Both the position numbers and the translations under genes were made by a program. A DNA stretch of 64,000 nucleotides from the human T2T-CHM13v2.0 reference genome, Homo sapiens: assembly GCF_009914755.1 (NCBI RefSeq), contig NC_060925.1; one strand, 5' to 3'. Of the stretch, positions 12,771-26,827 are shown piece by piece. Under the pieces are notes generated by a model. It was given only the letters and a program-made list of their open reading frames with translations. It did no database searches and was not told the DNA's origin. Position 1 is the first letter of the stretch. Each line of letters opens with the position of its first letter.

Positions 12771-15120
12771 AAGGACTGACTCTGGGTGAGAACCAGAAAA
12801 AAAAACAAGGAGCCCAAGAGCAAAGTCTAATGCTGGTACAAGACAGCAGGAGGGGTGGGTGGAGTGAATGGCACAGGCAGTGGTTCTGAAGCATCAAACT
12901 AGAAAATAGCTGTCCAAGAACAGAAAGTCATCCATCCCGGAATGATAGGGTTTATTTATTGTAAATACTCTGAGTTCATTTGCCAGAATTGATTTTTTTG
13001 AGGCAGGCTCACACAAATCATTCAGGTCAAAAGACTCTCCAGCCAAGCCCTAATGGACAGAGGAAAGATGTCTGACGTGAACCGTAGGTGGGTAACTACT
13101 TCAGCAAACACGAAGGAGTTTGATGAGGAGGAGGGAGTAGACTGGCTGAATTCATGTGCTTAGACCTTAATTGAGGACCAGATAAAGGGCTCATCATTTA
13201 GGTTGTTCCTTTCAGGTCTTTTCAGTTAGTTTATGATTTGGCCAGAGGTCATTCTTCTCCAAAGTAGCACATCTGTTTTTATTCATTCACTCTTAGGTAG
13301 GAATTCAGGATGTATGGTGACACTGGAGCAGTTAGTTGCAGGGACATGGAGGAGGTGGGAAGGGAGAGGAGGACACAAGGGGAAGGGCACATGGGCAGAG
13401 GGACAGCAGTTCTGCAGAGCTTCACACCTCCCGGGAGGAAGAGTGGAAGGGCCTGGGACCATAGCACTGTGCTGGTAAACTGAGGCCCTCCTGTTCCATA
13501 TGTCAATCCACTATTAATGCTTCATTTCATTAATTCTTGAAGGCCTTTTTTTTAAATGAATATTTTCCAAGGAAATAAAAGAACACTCCTGGGAGGATCA
13601 ATGCTTAAGACCTCTTCAGCTTCCACCTCAAATTTTAGTTAATACCATAACAAGGGGTGGGAACACAGAGGAAATATGAGAGGGCTGATGATTATGTTCC
13701 ATAATTTTGCTAAGAATCCGACCTTTTTCAGCGTTCCTGTCCCAGCAGTATTTAAAATCATTACTGGCTTACATGTCAAAAGTTCAGGGATCATATTTTT
13801 GAAATAAAACTGACAAGTATAAGTATACTTACATGGATAATAGGATAGGATACCTGAGATTATAATGAGATTTAGCCAAAGGTGGCCGACTCCCATTTCA
13901 CTTACGAGTTACACCCTTCCCAACCTACAATTAGATCTGCTGGCTAGATGCCACATGAAATGTAAGGCAAACTTTTCTTCCCCTTAAAAATTGTAGAAAA
14001 ATTACTGGTCTAAAGTTTTGGGTAATATTACACTTTTTATTTGGACACTTTGGTTTAAAGACTTTTATTGTTTAAAACTGTATATTTTATTGTCATATGT
14101 GTTAGCTGTCAAGAAAAGGTTATTATCAACCATAACACACTTATTTGGGCAGCTAGCAATGAACTATTCAAAAAGTCCATGGTAAATGGCTTTGATGTTT
14201 TGAAGAACATGTGAATGCTGGCATTCTGGGAGTGTTTGAGGGAAGTCCAGCTTTTAAGATAAACTGATGCTTAGAAGGTGTAGAAAGAATGTTATCTACC
14301 TTTGTAAACTGAAATCTCTTTGGGACCTTAAAAAAAAAGCAAGAAAGTTATCTTTCTCTTTAGACTAGGAATACACAGGAAGAGGAAGGTGAAAAGCGAG
14401 TTGGTTGGGTAATGGACTATTTTAAGTGTTTCATGTTGATTTGGCGAAAACAATTATTTTTCTTATTTAAAAATTACATTTCACATCAAGACTGAATGAT
14501 TTTAATATTTTAAACATACATTTGTTTTGTTAAGGTAACTAGAAGTGATTTTATTTTCAGGCTTATTCTTTCACCTCTGCTTCTATGAAGTGATTCATGT
14601 TACACTGGCATGTAAAGTACCCGAGCCTGCAATAGGGAGAAACTTCTCCAATGAAAAGAGGTATTTTTCTAGCTACGTATGCTGCATATTTGTCAAGGAA
14701 AAACTGTTAGTGGTTTTGCGGCTTGACATTTTCCATTTCATATATTATTTAAATAAACACATTAATTTTAGATTTGGAACTGTTTGGACAGTTAGCTTTC
14801 CTGAGTCATCTAAGACCCCTCTCTGTTCACCTTACTATCAACTATCTTTTTTTTTTTTTCTAGTCCCACTGGCAGTTCCTTAACTCTCTCCTTATAGCAC
14901 CTACCTTTCTTTACCTACCGTTTTATCATTCTTCTTTCTCTGTATTTGACTTTGTTTTGGAATAGAAACAGATTAAATTTGCATTTTTCAAATTGTCCAA
15001 GTTGGAGAATGACCCTTTACATATAATACAAGTAAAGGTGAGTGAACTTCTGTGAACTTTCTTCTGTGAACTTTTGTACCATTCACGGGCCAGAGAACCA
15101 ATTTTTGGTATATTACATAT

Positions 15121-15121
<1 letters not shown>

Positions 15122-15175
<54 letters not shown>
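15122..15175. repeat. (GT)~27 microsatellite
   Basis: Perfect dinucleotide run. Confidence 0.97.
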
Positions 15176-15177
<2 letters not shown>

Positions 15178-16059
15178 TTAAATATACCTTCTTAGTTTAA
15201 AAATTCAATGGTGTAAAATAAAATAATAACATTAGAGTCCAATTTGACTTCATTTATATTAAGCAAAATACACTAACACACATACACAAACTTTATTGCA
15301 GATTCTCTTGGAATCTTAGAGTCAGAAGTTAGGTCATCTGGCCCACACTCACCCACTTCTCATTAAAGCAATGGTGGAAGATCGTCATTCACTTCTGTTT
15401 GGAGATCTCAAAAAATGGACAATTCTGCCTGTTTTGAATGGCTTTTTTTCCCCCCGTTGATTCATGTGTTGATTTGTTTATCTCTTTGTCATTTATCAGA
15501 CACAAACTATGTCAATCACTGGAAAGCACAGTCATCTTTTGGGGTATACTTCCTGCCCTCCAGGAATGTAAATTACTGTGGGAAGAGACAGCTATGTAAA
15601 TGCGTAAATATAGCATATAATATGGTCATTAACACTGCAGAGATATGAAGCCGTGGATGAGGCCAGAGGACAAGACTCATTACCTCCTCTTGGAGGCCAT
15701 TGGGAGGATTCATAGGGTCACATTTGTGATGGTCCTGAAGGTTGAGTAGGAGTATAACAGTTGAAGAGGCAGAAGGAAGACATTCCAGGTACAAAGCAAA
15801 ACACATGCAAAGAAACTCAGTAAGAAGAGACTGGAAAGACAGGGTGGTTGGAGGTCTGTTTCATGGAAGCTCTAAAGAGAAAACTAGATTTTATCAGAAG
15901 GGATGAGAAGATAGGTAATTTGGGGGAGAGGTAGCGAGGGAAAAGATACAGGATGAGTCTGGAAAGATAACTGGCGGTTCTGAGTAGGAAAACCCATATC
16001 TGTTAAGGAATTGGATTTTATCCCATAAGCAACATGAAGCCAACTAGTGCTTCCAACTG

Positions 16060-16275
16060 TAATAATAATAGCTATCACTTATATTGCAGTTTCAATGTGG
16101 TGGGCATTGTCCTAAGTATTTTAGATACATTAACTTAGACTTTGTACCAACCCTATGAGGTAAGAACTATTATCATCCCCATTTTAAGATGATGAAACTG
16201 AGGCACAGAGAGGTTAGGTAAGTTACTTAAGACCACACAGATAGTAGTGGACAAAACTGGGATTTGAACTAAGTA
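16060..16275 (-). mobile_element. MIR SINE within L2 remnants
   Basis: 'attatcatccccattttaagatgatgaaactgaggcacagagaggttaggtaagttacttaagaccacacag'. Confidence 0.8.
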
Positions 16276-17279
16276 AGGGAGTTTTAGAAAAATAACTGAT
16301 AGCAATGTGGAGTGTGGCTCACAGCTAGTGGCAAGAAGTCCAGTCTGGAGGCTGTTATAATAATTCAAACAGAAGAGTTTATATTGAGACAGCTGCCAGG
16401 ATGGAAAAGTACATCAAAAAACATACTGTGTCAAAATTTTATCTCTTATATGCTTGCTGTGGGATGCAAAGCATTCTGAGTTCTCTCGAATGATTTCATC
16501 ATAAATCAGAACTTTGATAAAGAGTGGCAATAGAAGAACTTGGCAAATATTTATTGCATGCTCATTCATGCAAGCCCCTATGCAACTCTGCTCTACTTTC
16601 AAGTATCATTTACTTCATTTTTATTACAACTAAATTTCCTAGTAGAAATATAATCTAGCATTTAAAATGTGGCATGGTATTTCCTTCATGCACAGGTATT
16701 CCCAGAGAGATGTTCTTTTATATTTTCTGACCAAACGAAAATAAGCCACTCAGTGTCTTGCTATGAATCCCTGTCAGAAAGTGGCTCATGTTTGCCAGAG
16801 TTTGGGTGGGCAGTGGGCCAATCTCAAATGACTTGAGTAAATCATTTGAACCCAAACACTCTCTTCTTCTTTTAAAATCTCCACGGACTAATGGTGGTCT
16901 GCCTAAGGACGTGGTTGTTCCTGCCTGCATTCTCCGTGTGTTCCCTCCTGACTGGCACAGACTGCCTCTGTGTGGTTGATGGGAGTGAGGGGTGGAGGTT
17001 GCTGTTCACATTAAGGCCCTGACAAGGCAAGCCAAGGCAATTTTCTGAATACTTAATGGGAAAGTTGGGGTTGGGTGTTAAGTGTCCAGGAATTTGTCTG
17101 AATTTACTTTGCCAGTGAGCAGATATGACATTTGTTCACTATTTATTCAACAAATCTTTATTGATCTCTATTATATGCTAGGTTTCATGCTAATTGCTTG
17201 GAGTCGGAGACAAATAAAACATTGTTTGTGGCTTCAGGAAGTTTACCTCCTAGCTCCCCATATCAATAAAAAGAAACCA

Positions 17280-17720
17280 CATTAGTTATCATAACACAGT
17301 GAATTCAGTATTGGGAATTGGCTAAGTGAGTGATGGACAACTGAAAAGGCAAGAGGGGTCACTGAGGTCATAGAGAGACAGAAGCTGCAGGAAGCAGCTC
17401 ACATCTCTAGGGCTGGAGGAACAAAGGGAAGAGCAGGGGCTGCAGAAGTGGTGCCTGGGACTCTGAGGAGGGGCCACCTTTCAGTAGCAGGTACTCTTGG
17501 GGACCTGATGAAGTTGGTTTTGGAAGTAGGGTAAAAGCTGGAAACTGGTCCTGATAGCCATTCCCAAGGAGAAGGGCCATTCCAGGTGATGCCAATAGGA
17601 AAAAGGAAGCAGACAGGAAAGAGAATGTCCCTTCTCTGTCTGCTTTCAGTATCCTTCTTTTGCCCCCTATTGGCAAAGTCTACTGGACAGCAACTGGCAA
17701 AGAAGAAATGTCCATTGGAC
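17280..17720. mobile_element. Ancient ERVL LTR (LTR33-like)
   Basis: 'ctgaaaaggcaagaggggtcactgagg..agaagctgcaggaagcagct' and 'ccccctattggcaaagtct..ctggcaaagaagaaatg', similar to the 2.6-3.0 kb element. Confidence 0.4.
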
Positions 17721-17823
17721 TGACTTGTGCAGACAGAGATGCAAGCAGCTCAAGCTTTCTAGCAGGAGGTTCAGTCTAGGCCTAAGCTGGAACTGAAACA
17801 TGTTTGAACATGTTGCATTCTAG

Positions 17824-18991
<1,168 letters not shown>

Positions 18992-19223
18992 TCCAGTGTC
19001 ACTTCTTGATGACTGCAATTGCTACTCCCACCCCTGCCTTTTTATTTTGCTCTATTTTTTTCCCAAAGTATTTATCATTATGTTAATTAAGCATGCTAAA
19101 TTATAATAAATAAATATTTATCATCATGCTAGATACATGAATATATTTAGTTATAACATATTTATTTATTGGTTTATTATTTTCTGTCTCCTCCAATTAG
19201 AATGTAAACTCTGCAAGAGTAGG

Positions 19224-19761
19224 TATATTAGCCCTAATTTTCTAGATAGCCAGAACAAACAGGAGAGAGCTATCTAGCTAGATGAGAAGGGATTTATTAG
19301 AGGAACTGGCTTACGTGATTATGAAGGCTGAGAAGGCCCATGATAGACTATCTGCCAGCTGGAAACCCAGGGATGCAGGTAGCATGGCTGGGTACAAATC
19401 TGAAACCCTCAGAACCAGTGAAGTCAATGGCCTCTCAGTCTGAGGCCAAAGGCCTGAGAACCCAGGGAACGGCTGGTGCAAGTCTCAGCGTCTAAAGGCC
19501 AGAGAACCTGGAGTTCTGATGTTCCAGGGCAGGAGAAGAAGGGTATCCCAGCTTCAGGAGAGACAGTGAATGCACCTTTGCTCTGCCTTTTTGCCTCTCT
19601 CTAGGCCCTCAGAAGATTGGACGGTGCCTGCCTATGTTGAGGGTGGATCTTCACCACTCAGTATACTAATGGAAACACCCTCACAGACACACCTAAAAGT
19701 AATGCTTTACCAGCTATCTAGGTATTTCTTAATCAAGTCGATACCTAAAATTAACCATCAC
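19224..19761 (-). mobile_element. MLT2 (ERVL) LTR inserted in an L2 3' end
   Basis: Ends 'aaaattaaccatcaca' (reverse complement of the MLT2 start); flanked by L2 'agaatgtaaactc' and 'ttgttcaccaatgtgtccccagcatctagaacagt'. Confidence 0.8.
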
Positions 19762-20545
19762 AGCAGAAGTTGTTGTCTTTTGTTCACCAATGTGTCCCCA
19801 GCATCTAGAACAGTAGACACTCTCTGAATGTTTGTTAAATGACTAGATGGATGAGCCGATGCTTTGTTGAGGAAGAAGAAGAATGTTCTTTTGGGCAAGA
19901 AGCTAATAAAGCTAATAAGGATAATATGGTGTCTGTCTTCGATGTTACTGATCTCTCTCCCATGTAGAGAGGGGCTGCAGGAAGAAACTGAAGGAGGTGC
20001 TTCACAAACAGAAGTTGCGGAATTGGGTTTCAGCAGTGACCCTTTGTGTTTAGGTGAAAAAGCATGACCTGGGGTGGAGAGAGGACATTTGCAAGGACCT
20101 TCACTTTGAGGCCTCAAGGGTTGGAAGCATAGAGGACATATGTAGACAAGACTTTGAGTCAGGGCAGCAGTGATGTCTCAGAAACTATATGCAGTTTGGC
20201 TCTGCTGGAGCGAATGTTGATGTGGGTGTGTAGAGAAAAGTCAGCAATTTCTGTATGTTTATTTGTAAATGTAGTCTCAATGTTCCATTTTCCATAAATG
20301 CCACATAAATCCCTCCAACATTATTTGGGATGTACTCCTCCAATACCAAAATTCTTATTTGACTGCCATGAGAAAAAAATTGATAAAAAATAATAAAACA
20401 TGACCTTAAAAATCCACAGAAAAGCACTTCAAGAGTGATTACATGAAGATATTGGTTGTTGGATAGCATTTGTCCACTCTGAGAAAGCAATGTCCTAGAC
20501 TACCATACTAAATAACACCCGATCCATAAGTTATTAATCTTATAG

Positions 20546-20895
<350 letters not shown>

Positions 20896-21112
20896 CACTT
20901 TCTGTTTAATTCTTAATACTCATCCCAGACCTTTGGTCTTGCTTCTGTTTTTTATTACGAAATAATAAAAGTATACAATGCTAGATAGTTATATAGTATA
21001 TTGACAGTCCAATGTTCTTTTCACACTTTTGATGGGGTTAGGGGAATTGCATTAATTATATTTAAGGAAACTTTCCTTTAGAAATATTTAAAGAAACTTA
21101 CTTGTGTGTAAG

Positions 21113-21305
21113 CAGGGTTTGGCCAGGTTGAGCAAATAAAAATGCAGGACACCCAGTTAAATATAATTTCAGATAAGCAATGAGAAATTTCTTACCATAA
21201 GTATATCCTGTGTGATATTGGGGACACACTTATGCTACAAAATAATCTGAAATTCGAATTTAACTGAGTATCGTATATTTTAGTATATTTTATCTTGCAA
21301 CTCTA
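21113..21305. mobile_element. MER53 palindromic hAT MITE
   Basis: 'agcaaataaaaatgcaggacacccagttaaat..tttcagata' pairs with 'tctgaaattcgaatttaactgagt..tattttatcttgcaactcta'. Confidence 0.85.
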
Positions 21306-21398
21306 TGTGCAGGGCATTTTTTCTGGGCAGTGAGTATTTGCAATGCAGAGAAGGTCCCTCTCAGGACAAAAATTCAGAGGAATCAGAAATAACCTGCT

Positions 21399-21736
<338 letters not shown>

Positions 21737-22641
21737 CTACCATGTCTACTCAAGGCAACTATAATCAACCTGTGCTTTATTGTTTGATTTTAAAAGTTTT
21801 TAAGAGAATGCTAAAAATAAAAGAAGTGACTTCTCACTAACTAGAGAAGTAGAGAAGGTGTAGCCCCCTTTAAGGCATGAATCCATTGTTTCTACAGGAA
21901 AAGTTTTGCCTCAATATTCCCAGCCTGTAGTTAATTCTGTTTTAGGAAATATGTTTCTTATCACTGAGACACAGAACTGAAAATTCATTCTGTTACTTAC
22001 CTACTGGTGAGATTTCCAAGTTAGGATTAGAGCTGCGGGTCTATTTTAGTTACCAACCATGGAGTGAAATTTTTACTGAAAAACAAAGGCTTGTTTTATT
22101 AGTCGCTGTGGAATTTAGCAGGTGACGCTTTCTCTGGCGGCAGTATCTCTGCTTAGTTTTGATTTTCCTGGGAGGAAAATGAAGTGAGGCTTGTGCACCA
22201 ATCAAACACATGGAATGCCCATTGCTTTTGCAGAGAAACAAGCAGGATTGGAGTTCAAAAGTATTAACTTGAATAAAAATCCTTAGGAACACATCCACCC
22301 AGATTTTTAGTTAATGAGTATCATGCCAAGTCTCCCTGTTATGTTTCTTTTACACATGGAATTTCCATTGGTTTAGCTCTTAAAGAGGTCTGAAGCAGAA
22401 CGGCATCCCTGTGGAAATCACATGTTTTATTTGGATTCCACAGGAGAAAAGAGCTGAAAAGGGCAAAATATTATTTCTATTAGAAATGTATTTACTTCAA
22501 GAAGATATGAATCAGTGCTAAAAATGTTTTTGCAGGATATACAAACATAAAATTACATCAAAACACTGAGGGGAGAAGGAAATGGAGAATTATTGTTTAA
22601 TGGATACAAAGTATCATTTTTGGGAAGATGAAAAATTTCTG

Positions 22642-22914
22642 GGCTGGGTGCGGGGGCTCATGCCTGTAATCCCAACAGTTTGGGAGGCTGAGGCAAGAGG
22701 ATCGCTTGACCCCAGGAGATCGAGACTAGCCTGGGCAACATAAGAAGACCCCCATCTCTTAAAAAAAAATACAAAAATTAGCCAAACATGGTGTTGCATG
22801 CCTGTAGTCCCAGCTACTCAGGAGGCTGAGGTCAAAGGACGGCTTGAGCCCAGGAGATAGAGACTGCAGTAAGCCCAGATTGCAGCACTGCACTCCAGCC
22901 TGGACAACAGTGCC
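22642..22914 (+). mobile_element. AluJ lacking its 3' end and A tail, inside an L1 fragment
   Basis: Ends 'tggacaacagtgcc'; flanked by aaatttctg at 22633-22641 and 22915-22923. Confidence 0.85.
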
Positions 22915-24841
22915 AAATTTCTGGAGATGATGACGGTGAGTAATATTTGCACATCATTAGGAAGGAAATGGCACTTTAAATTTAGTAATTAATTTTTCAC
23001 TTTATGTAAGAGATGTTAAGATCTTCATAGAAAATATCTGGCCTTTAATAAGCTGCAGAAGAGTTAGGAATTATTAATTGGAGATCCCTGGCTGACCTTA
23101 TTTATCACTCATTTCATAATCTGTAATTAATGCAAGTTTGGTGTTGTGATTGCTTCCAAGTGTAGACTAGTTGATTTTGCCACAAATTTCTAAATTACTG
23201 GATTTAGTAGTAATTTAGTAAATTGCCACTAAATTACAAAGGGACGAGGATATAGTTTTAGACATAACTGCAAATATATCGATGTTTATGTTGGTGGTAA
23301 AAAAAAAAAGTAAGGAAACGACATATACCCATGTATGAACTAAAGAGAATGTAGAATGTGTAAATAAACTTTATGAATAACTAACCTTATTAGCTCTGTT
23401 AATTAACCCATCTACCTGTTTGAGCCAGTTGGCGAGTACGGAAAAAAAAAGTAGGAAAATTTTCCTTAAAATTTTCTCTCCTGATTCAGATTAACATATT
23501 CACTATCTACTGTCACCCACAAATGGCTTTTGAACAGCTCTCACAGTTCCGCAGTCAGGCTGATGCCATTATACAGATGTGGGTAAACTCCAAAGATCAG
23601 GAGCTGAGTGGGAGGAGACTGAATAGTGCACTTTCAAGGATTTCACAGTAGTTTCCTCAGTTGTTGAGAGACGAGATTGTTAGCTAATCCTGTCTCTGGG
23701 ACTACTGAACTATTTAGCCTTAGGAAAACCACTATGCCTAGCTGGAAGGGCATTAGTTCCTTCCTCTGTTGACATGCATGGTTTCCAAAGTCTCCTTCCA
23801 CTTTACACTCTGATTGCATGATTCTCCCCACCTGTGTGATTTTAATAGTTAAAGTCATCTAACCCATGGTAATTGTGACAGTTTTCCTGAATGGACCAGG
23901 CAGCCATGGAGGTGTGCAAATCCTTCTCCTGTTCTTGAGTCTGAGGAGAGAAAGTGGCTCCAGAACTCTGGTGCATGCTATAGAATGAGTGGGCAACCTT
24001 GTGTCTTGTGAATTGATGTCTTGGGGTTTGATTGCTAGGAGGGGAAACCTACTAAAATGATTCTTAACCAAATGGGGGGTTTACTGGAAGGACACGGAAT
24101 TTTCGTAGAACTTAAGGGCAGAACATTTAGCTGGATCTCATAAGGGACTGGGGAATCAGAAACTGAAAAGAAGGGAACTAAGATGTTCACCTCTCAGATA
24201 AGTCTTCTCTTTTTCCATCTTTCTCTCCTTATCCTTATTTCCTTCTCATCATTCCTGTTGCTTTCCCCCTTTTCCCATCAGTTTTGAACATCTTACTCAT
24301 GCCTAACCTAATTCTAGGTTTGGACATTTCTAATTTAGCATGCAAGAGTGGAGCCCTATATGTGCATTGCAAAATCCATGCATGTGAGACTTTCTAGGCC
24401 TGTTTGAGTTCAGTGTTCATATTTGGTCTGGTTTGCTGTGGCAATGAGTATGGTTCGTTCAGCTCAGTGCCCATTCAGAAGAGACTCTTGGAGCACATTA
24501 TCTTAAACAAGGATTGGAAATGAATATGCTCCTTAAGATTATTTTGGTTGCAAGCAGCAGCAATCTTCTTTGACTAGCCAAAAAAAAAAAAAGTTTTGGA
24601 ATTATACAGGGATATCTCCTATAACCAAAGGAAACAGGGCAGGTCCTGGATCTTTGGCAAAGGGTGTTAATAGATTTTTTCTTTAGGGAACTGCCATTTG
24701 TGACTCAGTTCTACTGAGTAACTATATTCTCTCTGTGTTTCTCTATGCCTCATTTAAGATTTCTGGGGCAAAGAGTCTAAATGGTCTGGTTTAGGATATG
24801 CCCACCTCTGAATTAATCTGTTATGTAGACAAGGGACATGG

Positions 24842-24953
24842 TAGCGCAACCAACTTGTCTCAGTTTTCGCAAAACTATCCCAGTTTAAGCACCGAAAGTC
24901 CAGCATCCTGGTATCCCCCTGTCTTTAGCAAACCAGAGTAGCTGGTCACACTA
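24842..24953. mobile_element. MER81-type short hAT element
   Basis: Degenerate TIRs tagcgcaacca / tggtcacacta; perfect 8-bp TSD ggacatgg at 24834-24841 and 24954-24961. Confidence 0.8.
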
Positions 24954-25101
24954 GGACATGGTCGCTTGTGCATATGTGGCCCATAAAAGGACTGCCTCTA
25001 TGTATTTCAGCCATTCCTACAAAAAAAGGAATTGTGAGAAGCTATAAGGAAACATTTCACAGAGTGTCTATTACATTCTACTTCTTGGCACCCAGCGTGG
25101 G

Positions 25102-25152
25102 CACACACACACACACACACACACACACCCCCCACATCACACCACATACACA
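25102..25152. repeat. (CA)n microsatellite
   Basis: CA run with a degenerate tail. Confidence 0.9.
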
Positions 25153-25519
25153 CTCTCTTCTTTCCATCCTTTCAAAAATACACCTTGCCGCTATGTGAAT
25201 CAGTTATTTCAAGTACCACCACAAATGGACTACTAACCTTCCCAATGGGAGAAAACCCAAACGCGTGACCTTTTACTTCACTTAGAGTTGATGTTATGCC
25301 CTCTAAGTACAGACTTTCTACACGATATCCATTCCTCATTTTCTTCTACTGTAATCCTATCTCCATATATTGCAATGTATGGCCTTTTGCTGGCAAAAGG
25401 AGAAAAAAAGAAAAATGTATGTATTATACCATTCCTTTTTAAAAAGGCAAAGAAAGGGCTTGGTGTGCAAGAAAGTATTTATTAAACACTGGTAGCAAAG
25501 AAAACAAACAAAAAATGCA

Positions 25520-25810
25520 ACAGTCCTCATTACTGTAGCTGGTGTTGAAGCTTCTTTCTTCTGGGCCCATTCCATAGTTCCCTGTGACTTCAGTTAGCAT
25601 CTCAGTTGGTTGGGGTGATTTGCTCAATGCAGCAACCTGAGGGGTATGATCCCTTGTGGTCCTGCCTTTATAGGGTTGTGGTAGCCGTCTATTGCCTTTA
25701 CATCTGGGTATGGCAGTTCAAGAAAGCACCCTCAAGGATAAAACATGCTATTCATGATGTATTATTTTTCTTTGATGACTAGGACAATCCCCCTAGTCAA
25801 CCCCATGACT
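25520..25810 (-). mobile_element. ERVL/MaLR internal-region remnant (3' end of pol-like sequence)
   Basis: Minus-strand frames give PQPTEMLTEVTGNY then, after a frameshift, MEWAQ; this resembles the recalled ERVL motif PRPAEVLAEGKGNMEWVVEEG. Confidence 0.5.
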
Positions 25811-25899
25811 CACTGTTTTGTCTATTCCCTTAGATGACCCCACGGATTCCGTTGCACGGAGTCTCTGAAGTCCAAAATTTTTAAGCATAGGGCACAACG

Positions 25900-26390
25900 T
25901 TCTTCATGATTTGGCCTTGTCTCTTCTCATGCTTGCTCTTGCATCTGCCATCTGACACTTTGCTTAACTCCTGGCCAGCTACCGGTACAAGCCAAGCTCT
26001 CACTCCATAACGTCCTTCTTCTCTGCATGCCCTTCTCCACTGTGCCTGTCCTTTAACTCTTATTCATCATTTATTTCAGTCTCAATTGAAGAGTCATTAT
26101 TTCTAGAAAGCCTTCTCCGCCCAGCTCTCTACATTGCACCGTTCCCTACAGCACCACCAGAGTGCCTCTAACACTTGATGGTTTCATTGCTTATATATTT
26201 TTGTTTCTGTGCATAAGCCTCCCGAGGGAGCCGCCGCTGTTCGATTTATTCTATAGCTAGTTCCTCGCCCTGAGTGTAAGCCTCACGAGAGTGGGGCTGT
26301 CCTCTGTTCGCTCTATCCCCAGCCCCTACAGCAGTGCCTGGTTGTTCACAGGCCTATATAGCAGGTGATAATAATCTGAATAATGAAAGA
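25900..26390. mobile_element. L2 3' remnant in the promoter shore
   Basis: 'gagtgtaagcctcacgagagtggggctgtcctctgttcgctctatccccagcccctacagcagtgcctgg' is an L2 3' end pattern. Confidence 0.6.
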
Positions 26391-26640
26391 AGAAACACTG
26401 TCTTGTGGCGTGATTTACTTCTGTTTTTACTTATGTCAACTTTTAACTAGATTGTGAGGACAGAGGTCAGTGTCTGAGTCATCTTGTGCCTCACTGGGCT
26501 TGGGCAGAATAGACGCTTGGTCAAGCATTTGCACACTGGTCGATGGATACACTAGAAAGAGCAGGAGCGCGAGAGGGAATTTTTTTGGCGCCTGCCTCGC
26601 CCTTTCAAGCCAAGCCCCTCTGCCCTCTGCCCCTTGCCAG

Positions 26641-26682
26641 CCGCCCGTCGCCCGCCGCCCGCCGCCCGCCGCCCGCCGCCGG
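26641..26682. repeat. GC heptamer tandem repeat (CCGCCCG)x6
   Basis: Units ccgcccg tcgcccg ccgcccg ccgcccg ccgcccg ccgccgg. Confidence 0.9.
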
Positions 26683-26759
26683 CGATCCCTCTCCCGGGGA
26701 GCGGTAGTCAAGCGAGGCCAGCGGGCCGGGAGCGGGCGAGGGGCGGGACTTCCGGTCCC

Positions 26760-26827
26760 GCTCGCGACGCGGACCGCGCCAGGCGGAAGCCCGGCTCCGG
26801 GCCAGCATCCGAGAGCCCGGACTGGAG
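26760..26827 (+). other. Exon 1 (non-coding; TSS approximate) of an unidentified + strand gene
   Basis: Strong donor GAG|GTGAGT at 26827/26828 just downstream of the GC-box/ETS cluster; no ATG in the exon. Confidence 0.8.

Noticed and set aside
14561-14660. Possible 100-nt exon (ttttcag|...gag|gtattt) inside the 112-aa ORF
   Set aside because: Weak donor, no partner exons or promoter, and an unrecognisable peptide.
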